Of a stretch of 64,000 nt of DNA, positions 9,516-18,960 are shown piece by piece. The notes beneath the pieces are model-generated. The model was not told where the DNA came from. It did no database searches and was given only the letters and a program-made list of their open reading frames with translations. Position 1 is the first letter of the stretch, and each line of letters opens with the position of its first letter. The DNA is taken from sequence record DRR378314_109; one strand, written 5' to 3'. Position numbers and translations under genes: made by a program.

Positions 9516-10553
9516 TCAGTCGAGATAGTTTGCGGCATTGGCCGCTGCGACTTCTGCCTTGAACATGGTGAGCAATTCCAGCGCGCCGGCATCCATGTTT
9601 TCAGTAACATGGGCCTCAAACGCGGGCTGTGCCGCCTCTGCCATTGCCTGGCGCTGTTCAGCGGTCAGGGCCGTGACCTCGATCTTTTCCATCAGACCCG
9701 CAAGGCCGCGATCAGAGGCTTCGATGATCCGGCTCAGGCCGCGGCTGGCGGTGACGCAGTTCTCTGCTGCGGTGTGGACAGTAGCCCGTTCGGCATCTGT
9801 CAGACCTTCATAGAACCCGCGGTTCATCATAAAGGTATAGGGAGAGAACAGGTGGTTGGTCAGCGTCATATATTGCTGCACCTCAGCGAAATTGGCGAAT
9901 GAGATGATCGGAACCGGGTTCATCTGGCCGTCGATCACCCCTGTCTGAAGGCCGGAATAAACTTCACCCCAGGCCAGCGGATAGGCTTCGGCACCCAGGG
10001 ATTGCATGATTTTCTGATGCGACGGCAGCGTCATGGTCCGTACACGGATGCCGTCGAAATCTGCAAGATCGGCGATTGGACGCTTGGAGTTGGTCACGGC
10101 AAAGAAACCGCCGGTATCCGGGAAACCCAGGACAACAACATCGGAAAGCTCGGCCTCGATATCGGCTTTCAATGCTGCGCCGAACGGGCCGTCAAATACA
10201 GCATAGGTGGACGCGTTGCCGTCAAAGGCGAAGGGCAGGTTCAAAACATCAATGCGCGGATAGTAGCTTGCCAGGGCACCGGTCGATGTCAGCGTCGCCT
10301 GAATGATCCCGTCCTGCAATTGCTGCACATGTTCTGCGGCAGAGCCAAGCTGATTGGACCCAAAGACCTCAACGGTGACGGAACCGTTGGTGTCTGCGGT
10401 CACAAGGTTGCTGAACACGGCAGTACAGGCATGTGCAGGGTTTTCGAATGGGTCCGTTTTATTGTCATGACCAAAGCGGATGACGCTTTCCGCAAAGGCA
10501 GCACTTGCGGTCATTGTGGCCGCAACGGCCAGCCCTGTGATTATCGTTTTCAT
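9516..10553 (-). CDS. dctP: TRAP transporter substrate-binding protein
   Basis: Signal peptide, QLG, LPFAF, GIRVRTM, WGEVYSGLQTGVIDGQMNP; GGAGG RBS before MKTII. Confidence 0.92.
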   Translation of the reverse strand: MKTIITGLAVAATMTASAAFAESVIRFGHDNKTDPFENPAHACTAVFSNLVTADTNGSVTVEVFGSNQLGSAAEHVQQLQDGIIQATLTSTGALASYYPRIDVLNLPFAFDGNASTYAVFDGPFGAALKADIEAELSDVVVLGFPDTGGFFAVTNSKRPIADLADFDGIRVRTMTLPSHQKIMQSLGAEAYPLAWGEVYSGLQTGVIDGQMNPVPIISFANFAEVQQYMTLTNHLFSPYTFMMNRGFYEGLTDAERATVHTAAENCVTASRGLSRIIEASDRGLAGLMEKIEVTALTAEQRQAMAEAAQPAFEAHVTENMDAGALELLTMFKAEVAAANAANYLD

Positions 10554-10603
10554 AGTTTCCTCCAGTTGGTTTTGGTTGTTTTCAGGTGATGGTTGGGTCG
10601 AAT

Positions 10604-11887
10604 TTATTGTGCATAGCCCAGCATCCGGGGCAGCCACATTGCGGCGTCCTCCCAGAATGCGAATGCAAAAAGGATCGCAACTTCGGCGGCAAGAAACGGC
10701 AGAAGCTTGATGGAAATGCGCTCGATTTTTTCGCCCGTCACAGAGGACAGAACAAAAAGACATGCTCCGACCGGTGGGGTCATAAGCGAGATATTCAGCG
10801 CCAGAACAAAGATGATCCCGGCATGGATCGGTTCAAGTCCAACGCTTTCGGTCAGGGGCACAAGGACAGGGGCCAGAATGATCAAGATCGCCGTGATATC
10901 CATGATCATCCCCACAACCAGCAGCAGACAGATGATCAGCGCAATCACGGTATAGCGGTTTTCGGACAGGCCAAGCACCGTCTCTGCAATCAGCTGTGGA
11001 ATGCGCTCGAAACTCATCCACCAGCCAAGGATCCCTGCAAAGGCGATGATGACAAAAATCACCCCCATGATGCGCGCGGTGCGGACCAACATCATGTAGA
11101 AGCTTTTGAAGGTTAGCGTCCGGTAGACAAAGACGCCGATGAACAAGGCATAGGCTACGGCGATTGAAGCAGCTTCGGTCGGGGTGACAATCCCGCCAAG
11201 GATACCGCCCAGAATGATGACCGGCATAGCAAGTGCCGTCAGGGATGATTTAAATGTCACCCAGATTTCGCGGGGTGTGGCCCCCCGTTGCGCTTTTGGC
11301 AGGTTCTCGCGTTTGCCGCCGATGGCAATGACCGCCATGCAGACAATGCAGATGACCAAGCCGGGCAAAATGCCGGCGGCAAACAATCCGGCAATCGAAA
11401 CGCCCATAAGCGATCCGTAGACAACCATGAGGCCGGAGGGGGGAATGGTCGGCCCGATGATAGAGCCAGCAGCGGTCACCGCGCAGGCATAGTCACGGTC
11501 ATACCCTTCCTTGACCATCGCAGGGACAAGTGTCCGGCCAAAAGCCGCGGCATCTGCGGTTGCGGATCCGGTAAGCCCGGCAAAGAATACAGAGGCGAGC
11601 ATATTCGTATGCGCCAGCCCACCGCGGAACCGGCCAACCAGCACCTGCGCCAATTTGACAAGGCGGCTGGTGATGCCGATGTCGTTCATGATTTCACCGG
11701 CAAGGATAAAGAACGGCATGGCGAGAAATGGAAAGATATTCAGACCGTTAAAGATCTTGCTGGGGCCGACCGCAAGAAAGCTGCCCCCACCCATATCGAT
11801 CAGCCCGACCACCCCGGCAAGGCCGATAGCAAACCCGATGGGCATGCCGAAGAGAACCAAAATGACAAATGCAAATGCGACAATCAT
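10604..11887 (-). CDS. dctM: TRAP large permease
   Basis: AMPFFILAG, GSATAD, IPPS, TPTEA, TPPVG. Confidence 0.93.
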   Translation of the reverse strand: MIVAFAFVILVLFGMPIGFAIGLAGVVGLIDMGGGSFLAVGPSKIFNGLNIFPFLAMPFFILAGEIMNDIGITSRLVKLAQVLVGRFRGGLAHTNMLASVFFAGLTGSATADAAAFGRTLVPAMVKEGYDRDYACAVTAAGSIIGPTIPPSGLMVVYGSLMGVSIAGLFAAGILPGLVICIVCMAVIAIGGKRENLPKAQRGATPREIWVTFKSSLTALAMPVIILGGILGGIVTPTEAASIAVAYALFIGVFVYRTLTFKSFYMMLVRTARIMGVIFVIIAFAGILGWWMSFERIPQLIAETVLGLSENRYTVIALIICLLLVVGMIMDITAILIILAPVLVPLTESVGLEPIHAGIIFVLALNISLMTPPVGACLFVLSSVTGEKIERISIKLLPFLAAEVAILFAFAFWEDAAMWLPRMLGYAQ

Positions 11888-11891
11888 TGAT

Positions 11892-12410
11892 CTACCCCTC
11901 CGTCACGTTTGGTTTGAAGGTGGGCGGGTGGTCGATGTGACTTCCCAGATCGCGGATCAGCACGAGGACCAGTTGAACGGAGCATAAAATCGCAGCGACC
12001 GGGATTGCGGCATAGAATGGCGCAAGGCTCGCCCCGAAAATCATCGCCTCACGTGGTGCCCCGCTTTGGGCAAAGCCAATTCCATAGTATGCGACATAAA
12101 GAAAAAGCGAGAGTGACAGAACATCCATGAGGATCAACAACCCATACCGGAGCTTGGCCGGGATGAAGAAGATAAATGCTGTTAAGCCAATGTGTTCCCG
12201 TCTCGAGATGCCGGAGGAAACCGCCAGCATCGCCGCCCAGATCATCAGGTAACGGGCGATGACCTCTGGCCATGGCAATTGCCAGTGGAAATAGTAACGG
12301 TCCATCACTCCAAGCCAGACATCAAGCACAAGGGCCAGCATCAGGGCTGCGACAATGGCCTCAACCACGTGATTTATCTTTGTGCTTACAATCGCGGCCT
12401 GCTTGCGCAT
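11892..12410 (-). CDS. dctQ: TRAP small permease
   Basis: 4 TM segments, RY...WPEVIARYLMIW, EHI motif. Confidence 0.9.
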   Translation of the reverse strand: MRKQAAIVSTKINHVVEAIVAALMLALVLDVWLGVMDRYYFHWQLPWPEVIARYLMIWAAMLAVSSGISRREHIGLTAFIFFIPAKLRYGLLILMDVLSLSLFLYVAYYGIGFAQSGAPREAMIFGASLAPFYAAIPVAAILCSVQLVLVLIRDLGSHIDHPPTFKPNVTEG

Positions 12411-12429
12411 TCCGATCCCCTCCCGGATC

Positions 12430-12569
12430 TGTAATTCAGTTTCATTAGGAAGGGTCTTGATTGGAAAAGCAACTAATTTATGTTACTTAGTTTCATGAAT
12501 TCGCATAAATATCAGTAAAACCGCGAATTTTTCTAGGAGTTAATGGCTGAGTTACGTAATTAAGTTACA
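12430..12569. promoter_or_regulatory. Three TGTAA-N5-TTwCA-like dyads, probable RpiR/HexR operators
   Basis: tgtaattcagtttca 12430-44; tgttacttagtttca 12481-95; cgtaattaagttaca 12555-69. Confidence 0.6.
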
Positions 12570-12594
12570 CGCCAAATATGTTTGGAGCACGACT

Positions 12595-13530
12595 TTGCAG
12601 GATCACAAGACTTCGGATGATGTATCAGTGCGGCCGATTCGTGGCGGAGCCTCGGGCACGGCAGATGTCATTTCCGCGCTTCAGCGCCATGACGGTCAGT
12701 TTGCCACTCAGGAACAGCGTGTCGCTGACTATGTGAAAGCGCATTTGGAAGAGATCAGCGATATGACCATCGCCGATCTTGCGCGTCATTGTAACGTCAG
12801 CAAACCCACCGTGGTTCGCTTTTGCCGAACGCTTGGTTGTGGCGGATACCGTGAATTCAAATTGCGTCTGGCGCAGAACCTCGCGGTGAGCATGCAGTAT
12901 CTGTCAGCCTCATCAGCCCCTTTGGCATCCGGCGGGGATTCAGCGTTTGATCAGGTTTTCAGTGCGATCCATGCCAATGCCGTTGCGGTCCGCGAGCAGC
13001 TAGATCAATCGGCCTACGCCAGCGCCAAATCCGCTCTGCTTCAAACGCGGCATCTCTTGTTTGCGGGCATTGGCGGCGGTTCGTCGACGGTTTCACAAGA
13101 GGGCGCCAATCGCTTTTTCCGTTTGGGCATTCCATCGGTGGCGACCAGCGACAGCTATATTTTGCAAATGCGCGCGGCTACTTTGCGGCAGGGGGATGTG
13201 CTTTTCCTGATCTCGGCCAGTGGTGAGGCGGATGCCCTTGTCGGTGCGGCGGAAATCGCAAACGGATATGGTGCCACCACAATTTGCGTAACAGCACCGG
13301 GTACGCGTCTGGCGAAGGTGGCGCGAATCCCATTGCTGGTTGATTTGCCTGAGGATCAGAATATCCACAAACCAACTGCGTCGCGTTATATTCACCTGAT
13401 GATTGTTGATGCGCTTGCCTTTTCAGTTGCACAGGAAATGGCGCAGGAGACAACGGAGAATCTGCGCCGCATCCGCGCTTCTCTGACGGCCTATCACGGA
13501 CGGACAGGACCGCAACCTTTGGGGGACTAG
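12595..13530 (+). CDS. RpiR/MurR family regulator (HexR-like)
   Basis: VSKPTVVRFCRTLGCGGYREFK HTH, SIS domain ISASG, PEDQNIHKPTASR; start uncertain. Confidence 0.88.
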   Translation: MQDHKTSDDVSVRPIRGGASGTADVISALQRHDGQFATQEQRVADYVKAHLEEISDMTIADLARHCNVSKPTVVRFCRTLGCGGYREFKLRLAQNLAVSMQYLSASSAPLASGGDSAFDQVFSAIHANAVAVREQLDQSAYASAKSALLQTRHLLFAGIGGGSSTVSQEGANRFFRLGIPSVATSDSYILQMRAATLRQGDVLFLISASGEADALVGAAEIANGYGATTICVTAPGTRLAKVARIPLLVDLPEDQNIHKPTASRYIHLMIVDALAFSVAQEMAQETTENLRRIRASLTAYHGRTGPQPLGD

Positions 13531-13652
13531 AGTATCCTTGTTTTCCCCAGGTTTGGTGCCGCCCTGCTTGTTGCCAGGCAGTGTGCTGCCTGCGGGTGCG
13601 GGAAATTAAAACTACCACAAGCAGTCATGCAAAGCCCGAGATCGTAAAGACA

Positions 13653-14069
13653 TCAGGCGATTGCCCCCGTATATTCATTTGCAGCAATGTCGCTGCAAAG
13701 TGTGCCCCATTGGCATCCAGCACAGGCGGAACGCACCAGATTTTGCGCAAAGGCGGCCCTTAAGCGTCTTAGCCTGTCTTGGTCCAAAGAAAACATTGCG
13801 CCGGTGTGCAGTGAGATCTGCAAAACTCTGCCTGCATCCGTTGCCGCCTGAATGTCCCGGAGGCGAATGCTCTCATCATGACAATGGGCATCTTCTTGGG
13901 TCAGGCGCGGGGCGCAGATATCATCCGGACCTTCAACGATCTCGATCGTCTCTCCTGCTGAAATGCGCCCCGCGATCAGAGTCATATTGTCAGTGAACGC
14001 GGGGCTGTATCCCTTGCCAACATAACTAAGAAGACACAGAAGATGGTGCGCGCGCAGGCGTATGGTCAT
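13653..14069 (-). CDS. DUF1284 Cys/His-rich protein
   Basis: RLRAHHLLC..YVGKGYS, GPDDICAP, CAGCQWGTLC. Confidence 0.8.
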   Translation of the reverse strand: MTIRLRAHHLLCLLSYVGKGYSPAFTDNMTLIAGRISAGETIEIVEGPDDICAPRLTQEDAHCHDESIRLRDIQAATDAGRVLQISLHTGAMFSLDQDRLRRLRAAFAQNLVRSACAGCQWGTLCSDIAANEYTGAIA

Positions 14070-14659
14070 TGCGCGTCTGTGGTTTCCGCGCTGCGCGTCA
14101 ACAGCTTAAGCGTCATCGCACCAAGGCCGGACTTGAGGATGCCACCGACAATGAACGGCAGGACGCCAGCCACAATCGCCTGTTCAACACCAATCAGCAG
14201 GGCCAGCCATGCCGCGCCCAAAACCAGACAGATCGCATTCCCAATGAGCATAGCAAGAAACGACATCCAAACCCGTTGCCCGTCCCAGCCGCGCTCTGTC
14301 AGCCAGCCGACAACCATGCCTGCAACGGGGAAGGCGAAGAGATAGCCGCCTGTTGCGCCGAGAAAATGTTGCGCCCCACCGGCACCGCCGGCCAGAACTG
14401 GTAGGCCAAGGGTGCCTTCCATCAGCCATGCGGCGATCGTAATGCCGCCCAAACGCCAGCCGTATAGGGCACCAACAAGCATGACCGCGAATGTCTGCAT
14501 GGTGATCGGAACCGGGATCATCGGCACTTCGATGTAAGATGAAAGTGTCAGGAACAGGGTGCCAAAGAAGATGGCGGCGATTTTCCATGGCAATGAAAAA
14601 TCTTGGATGTCGAGAGCCTTGTTCGCAATGAAAGCGATAGGCGTTGTGGTTGTGTTCAT
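14066..14659 (-). CDS. bioY: Biotin transporter S-component
   Basis: VPITMQTFAV, GLPVLAGG, GATGGYL, PFIVGGILK. Confidence 0.92.
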   Translation of the reverse strand: MNTTTTPIAFIANKALDIQDFSLPWKIAAIFFGTLFLTLSSYIEVPMIPVPITMQTFAVMLVGALYGWRLGGITIAAWLMEGTLGLPVLAGGAGGAQHFLGATGGYLFAFPVAGMVVGWLTERGWDGQRVWMSFLAMLIGNAICLVLGAAWLALLIGVEQAIVAGVLPFIVGGILKSGLGAMTLKLLTRSAETTDAQ

Positions 14660-14675
14660 TTTGACGTCCTTTGAA

Positions 14676-14726
14676 TTATCTATAAAAACTTAACCATAGA
14701 ATCAGTGATACATAAATTATAGATAA
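14676..14726. promoter_or_regulatory. Two BioR boxes (TTATAGATAA) in inverted orientation
   Basis: ttatctataa 14676-85 and ttatagataa 14717-26, upstream of bioY. Confidence 0.85.
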
Positions 14727-14747
14727 TCAGCAACAGCCGTGTATATG

Positions 14748-15350
14748 TCATCCGCGCGACAGATGCCGCCGCAGGATTGCGGATGCGGTATCCGCTTTGC
14801 GTTCTTCCATGGCTTGGAGTATCGCAACATGATCGTTGTCAGAGGTGCTGCGCCACGTTTCACGCCATCTGGCATGAAATTTCTGCGCAGAAAGACGCTG
14901 AAGCTGTTCGATCCGTCCCAACAAAAGGGGGCGTGCGCAGGGTTTCAGAATTTCCAGATGAAACTGACGGTTGGCTTTTTCCCAAGAGATCGGGTCTTTC
15001 GCGTCATCACAGGCAAGCCGAAGAAGCTCCATTTGCTGCAAAGATGCGGGTGTGATTTTGGCAACCGCTTTCCTCAGGGCCAGCGGCTCCAACGCAAGTC
15101 TCATCTCGAGGATATCGTCTTGGTCTTCGTCAGTCAGAGAAAAGGCCCTGACCCCGCGCTTGGGAATAAAGGTGGCTAGTTCCAGCTGCACAAGACGCTG
15201 AAGCGCTTCGCGGGCAGGGACGTGGCTGCAATTGAAGCGTTCTGCGATATGGTCCTGCGCAAGGCGTGCACCCTGAGCGATGTCGCCCCTGATGATTTCT
15301 TCTGCAAGAATTTCGGCAATGTCTGCGGGTTTCATAGGGAGATCAGTCAT
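14748..15350 (-). CDS. bioR: GntR/FCD-family biotin repressor
   Basis: RLAQDHIAERFNCSHVPAREAL, MRLALEPLAL, ANRQFH; adjacent to bioY with BioR boxes. Confidence 0.8.
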   Translation of the reverse strand: MTDLPMKPADIAEILAEEIIRGDIAQGARLAQDHIAERFNCSHVPAREALQRLVQLELATFIPKRGVRAFSLTDEDQDDILEMRLALEPLALRKAVAKITPASLQQMELLRLACDDAKDPISWEKANRQFHLEILKPCARPLLLGRIEQLQRLSAQKFHARWRETWRSTSDNDHVAILQAMEERKADTASAILRRHLSRG

Positions 15351-15569
15351 GGATATGATCTAACCCCAGCTGTTCTACAGAACAAACTGATTTCCTGCGA
15401 AGAATGTCTGAGCATCACCTGACATGGTTGCAGAACCCCGCCAAAAGTAGTCCGCTGTAGCAGGCGCAACCGGTGATATCAGATGATGTTCGGCCGACCC
15501 TGAATACACATCTTCAGCGCGTGCCTGTCTGATAAAACTTATCACCAGGCGGCGCGGATTGGCCCCGGG

Positions 15570-16535
15570 TTAACGTCCCTTGATCTTGATTGAAAAGGTT
15601 CGGCGTGCACCGCGTGGTGGTTTCGGAAAAGGAGAGGCCTTTCGAATGACGCGCAGGGCGGCTTTATCCAGAGTGGCAGAGCCAGAGGAGCGTGCGACCG
15701 ACGCGCTGCTCAGGCTTCCGTTTGCGCCAACGGAGAAAGAGACAACGGTTGTGCCGCGGGCACTCACCCGTGGCTTGGGCACCCGCGCAATGCGGCGCAT
15801 CACCTTGCCGGGATAATTGCTGGCTGCTGCATTGCCGCTTTGTGCTGAAGCCTGTTTGCTCTGGCCCTGTGATTTGGCCTTGGCTTTCTGGTTGTTGCCC
15901 TTGGCCGTCCCTTTGGTGTTGTTGCGTTGGGCGTTTCCACGCGGTGCCTTGGTCAGTTTTTGCTTTTGCTTTTGCGGCTTGGGGCGGGCGGCGGCCACTT
16001 TTGCCGCTTTTTCGGGGTCCCGTCGTTTTGGACGTATCGACAGCGGTGGAGCGGTTTCATCAGGGGCTTGCGCAACGATGGTTTCCAACGGTGGTGGTGT
16101 TACCGGGGCTGTCACCGGCGGGGATGGGGCCATTTGCGGCACAACTGCATCCGGTGCCGCAGAAATCACAGGCGCGGTGCTTTCTGGTGTCACAGCAGGC
16201 AGTGGTTCTGGTGCCATTGCAGTCGCCGTTAGCGGGGCTTCCACCGGCACAGGCTCAGCTACATCGGCTTGCGTCGGTGGCGTTTCCGCGACCTGCTCGG
16301 CCAAAGGTGTCTCTTCGGGCGGTGTAGGTTCCAAGGGTGCGTCTTCGACCGGTTCAGCGGTCAAGGTCCCGGCTGACATATCCTCGAAGGCGGTACCAAT
16401 CCGCGCCTCAGCCACAGTGCCGCCGCCTTCCATTTCGACCACAGACCGGGGTGCGGCAAGCTGCATGCTCGTCGCGAGAACAACGGTTGAAACGCCCAGA
16501 GCGATGATTTTGGCGGATGTGGAACTGCGGATCAT
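15570..16535 (-). CDS. tonB: TonB energy transducer
   Basis: N-terminal TM, Pro/Glu- and Lys-rich linker, C-terminal SSGSATLDKAAL...PFPKPP. Confidence 0.88.
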   Translation of the reverse strand: MIRSSTSAKIIALGVSTVVLATSMQLAAPRSVVEMEGGGTVAEARIGTAFEDMSAGTLTAEPVEDAPLEPTPPEETPLAEQVAETPPTQADVAEPVPVEAPLTATAMAPEPLPAVTPESTAPVISAAPDAVVPQMAPSPPVTAPVTPPPLETIVAQAPDETAPPLSIRPKRRDPEKAAKVAAARPKPQKQKQKLTKAPRGNAQRNNTKGTAKGNNQKAKAKSQGQSKQASAQSGNAAASNYPGKVMRRIARVPKPRVSARGTTVVSFSVGANGSLSSASVARSSGSATLDKAALRVIRKASPFPKPPRGARRTFSIKIKGR

Positions 16536-16921
16536 TTGAGCCCCCGTTCGGTGACAAGCACCACCTTTTGCGCTCCGGCGCTGCGCAGATCGCGGGTGAG
16601 TGAGACCAATTCCTTGGCCGGTAATGCGCGGTCCGGTACCAGACGTATCACGGCGCGCTCCTCCTCACTGAGGGTCGCAATGAAACTGGCGGCGTCCTGC
16701 TGATCGGCACCGCGAAAGGCGATGCGCCCGTCGGAATGCACAACCAGCGCGTCCGGTGGCGCGCGCCCTTCAAGATCCTGTGTCTGAACCAGACGCAAAG
16801 ACGGATCAAGCGGCTGCGCAAGGGTGCCTGCCACCATGAAGAAAACCAGCATCAGAAAGACAATGTTGATCAATGCGATGGTGGGTTCGCGTTGGGGTTT
16901 CCCCTTGGCCAGTTTACGCAT
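16532..16921 (-). CDS. exbD: Biopolymer transport protein ExbD
   Basis: IALINIVFLMLVFFMV TM; RLVPDR. Confidence 0.85.
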   Translation of the reverse strand: MRKLAKGKPQREPTIALINIVFLMLVFFMVAGTLAQPLDPSLRLVQTQDLEGRAPPDALVVHSDGRIAFRGADQQDAASFIATLSEEERAVIRLVPDRALPAKELVSLTRDLRSAGAQKVVLVTERGLK

Positions 16922-16924
16922 GGC

Positions 16925-17302
16925 TCAGCCTCCCAAGACCGTGACGCGCAGTTTGGGCAACCGACGTAACACGACCAAAAGATCCGTCAGCCGTTGGGAA
17001 TCCACCTGTGCCTCAAGGCTGACGAGAACAACCGCACCATCCTCGGCTTCGGACAGAGAGGATTCAACCAAGGCATCAAGGCTGACGTCCTGACCGTTTA
17101 ACCCGATGGTGTTCTCCTTCAGCTGAAGGAATAGCGGCGGCGTTTCAGAAGGCGCAACCGCGCCAGAGCCGCCCGCCGAAAGTTCGACTTCGGAGAATTT
17201 GGAGAAGGTCGAGGTCAGCATGAAAAACAACAGCAGTAAAAAAATTACGTCAATCAGGGACGTCATCGACAGCTTGCGCCGCCGTGTCCGGGCCCTAGCC
17301 AT
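16925..17302 (-). CDS. exbD: Biopolymer transport protein ExbD
   Basis: MTSLIDVIFLLLLFFML TM with conserved Asp. Confidence 0.9.
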   Translation of the reverse strand: MARARTRRRKLSMTSLIDVIFLLLLFFMLTSTFSKFSEVELSAGGSGAVAPSETPPLFLQLKENTIGLNGQDVSLDALVESSLSEAEDGAVVLVSLEAQVDSQRLTDLLVVLRRLPKLRVTVLGG

Positions 17303-17948
17303 GTGCAGTTGCCTTATCTGCGACCGTGGCAGGAGGGAGGCGTTTCGGGTGCAGCACCGTCAGAATCGCCTGATCTGCAATCACCCTCTCGGCTTCCATA
17401 CGGCCCTCAAGCCAGCTGAGGACAAGGGCGGTTGGCATAGCAACCACCAACCCGACGGCGGTTGTCAGCAAGGCCACCCAGATGCCGCCTGCAAGGATAG
17501 AGGGATCAACCTGCGCGCCTGCGTCCTGTAGGGATTGGAAGGCCTCGATCATACCCAATACGGTGCCAAACAGGCCCAGCAACGGGGCCAGCTGCGCCAC
17601 GGAATCGAGAAAGCGAAAACCACGTTCAAGCTTGGCAAAGCGGGTTTCGGCATCTGCCTGCAAACGCTCTGCCATCTGCGCAGAGGCCGTCAGCGTCATA
17701 TCAACCACCGGGGCAAGGTAGCTTGTGGAGCGCCCCAGGGCTGTATGGGCCTCTTTCGGATCTCCCGCATCCCATGCGGTGACCGCCTCGCGCAGCGCGG
17801 TGTGTCGACCAACACCTGCCTGCCAGAATTGCCAGATTTTATACAGGGCAACCGCCAGCGTCAAAACCGCGACACACATCAAGATCACCACCACAGGGCC
17901 GCCGATTTCGGCAATCTGGCGGATGGGTTCAAACCAGACAGGCATCAT
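17295..17948 (-). CDS. exbB: MotA/TolQ/ExbB proton channel
   Basis: APLLGLFGTVLGMI, GGIWVALLTTAVGL. Confidence 0.92.
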   Translation of the reverse strand: MMPVWFEPIRQIAEIGGPVVVILMCVAVLTLAVALYKIWQFWQAGVGRHTALREAVTAWDAGDPKEAHTALGRSTSYLAPVVDMTLTASAQMAERLQADAETRFAKLERGFRFLDSVAQLAPLLGLFGTVLGMIEAFQSLQDAGAQVDPSILAGGIWVALLTTAVGLVVAMPTALVLSWLEGRMEAERVIADQAILTVLHPKRLPPATVADKATAHG

Positions 17949-18367
17949 CCGATCACCTCAATCGCGGTACGTGTTGATGGCATCAGCTTCGTCGAGCAAT
18001 CCCCTTCGGCCACTCCTTCGCCTTCACAGGTATTGGCACCGTTGAACAGGACGCGCCCCAATTGGTCACAGGCGAGTTCAGGCACCGCGAATTGTCTGAC
18101 GCGGGGACGGGTGGGGGGCAGGGAGCCGAAATCAAACAGGGTCAGCCGGTTGACCTGACCACTGACATCGAACAACACGGTTTCATAGACTGCACGGTCG
18201 ATTTGTGTGTCCAGACCATTGGTGATGACAAAGGTAAGTGTGCACGCGGATTGGGTTGTTTGCACGGCATTCAACTCGACCGATATCTTGCCTGTCAGAT
18301 CGGTTTCCTGCGCAAGGGCCGCTGATCCCATCGCCATCGCACACAGGTATACCCATAGCCGTTTCAT
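17945..18367 (-). CDS. Secreted hypothetical protein (4 Cys in mature part), first gene of exb/tonB operon
   Basis: AAGGA RBS, signal peptide MKRLW...ALA, stop overlaps exbB start. Confidence 0.75.
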   Translation of the reverse strand: MKRLWVYLCAMAMGSAALAQETDLTGKISVELNAVQTTQSACTLTFVITNGLDTQIDRAVYETVLFDVSGQVNRLTLFDFGSLPPTRPRVRQFAVPELACDQLGRVLFNGANTCEGEGVAEGDCSTKLMPSTRTAIEVIG

Positions 18368-18603
18368 CGCCGTTTCCTTCGTCAAGTGTATGGAGGTGAC
18401 CTTGCGGGCAGCCCTGTTTGCAAGGCTGTTTGGCTGGATCCCATTTTTCGCCATCTGTGCCGCGAATTTTTGAAGGTTTCAAGTCTTGCTACACTGATGG
18501 CGACGCGACCTCCCCGATTTTTAGCGACGAGATTAGGTGAATTTTCTATAATTAATTATATAAATCAACTTGTTATCTTAAGGTGCGGCGGAGCTGATAT
18601 TTT

Positions 18604-18620
18604 CCGACTTTTTTTGTCAG
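18604..18620. promoter_or_regulatory. Iron-Rhodo-box-like dyad
   Basis: ccgactttttttgtcag resembles CTGAC-N7-GTCAG; upstream of exb/tonB operon. Confidence 0.55.
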
Positions 18621-18672
18621 CCAATTCGCCGCCGCGCTTGATCTAACTCGCCGCAACGGCGCTGTCAGACAT

Positions 18673-18960
18673 TCAGGTTGTTTCCCAGGTCATCGTTTTC
18701 ACCTCTTCGCGAAATGCGAAGGTTTCCAGATGGCTGTCGATCACGTGATGTACAGCCTCCACTGCTTTTTCATCCTCGACATCGCAGGTCACCATCAGCC
18801 TGTCTGCCTCTGCGGTCATATGTGCGGTCCCCATGACAAATGCGGCCCAGCCTTTGTTTTCGTCAAAGGAAACCTCGATCTTATGGCCAAAGTGTTTGCA
18901 CAGCTGTTGTAGGTATTTCGACGCGTGAGTGGTCTTGAGATGGCCTGTGGTGGTGAGCAT
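18673..18960 (-). CDS. DUF2218 protein
   Basis: ASKYLQQLCKHFGHK, IDSHLETFAFRE; typical of siderophore loci. Confidence 0.85.
   Translation of the reverse strand: MLTTTGHLKTTHASKYLQQLCKHFGHKIEVSFDENKGWAAFVMGTAHMTAEADRLMVTCDVEDEKAVEAVHHVIDSHLETFAFREEVKTMTWETT

Noticed and set aside
9428-10763. N-terminal extensions in the ORF track (9619, 10763; likewise 6153, 18929, 34402, 47335, 48681, 61669)
   Set aside because: They overlap neighbouring genes; downstream ATGs have RBS and family-typical N-termini
15817-16539. Low-complexity ORFs and apparent repeats
   Set aside because: Antisense shadow of the Pro/Ala-rich TonB linker; no nucleotide tandem array
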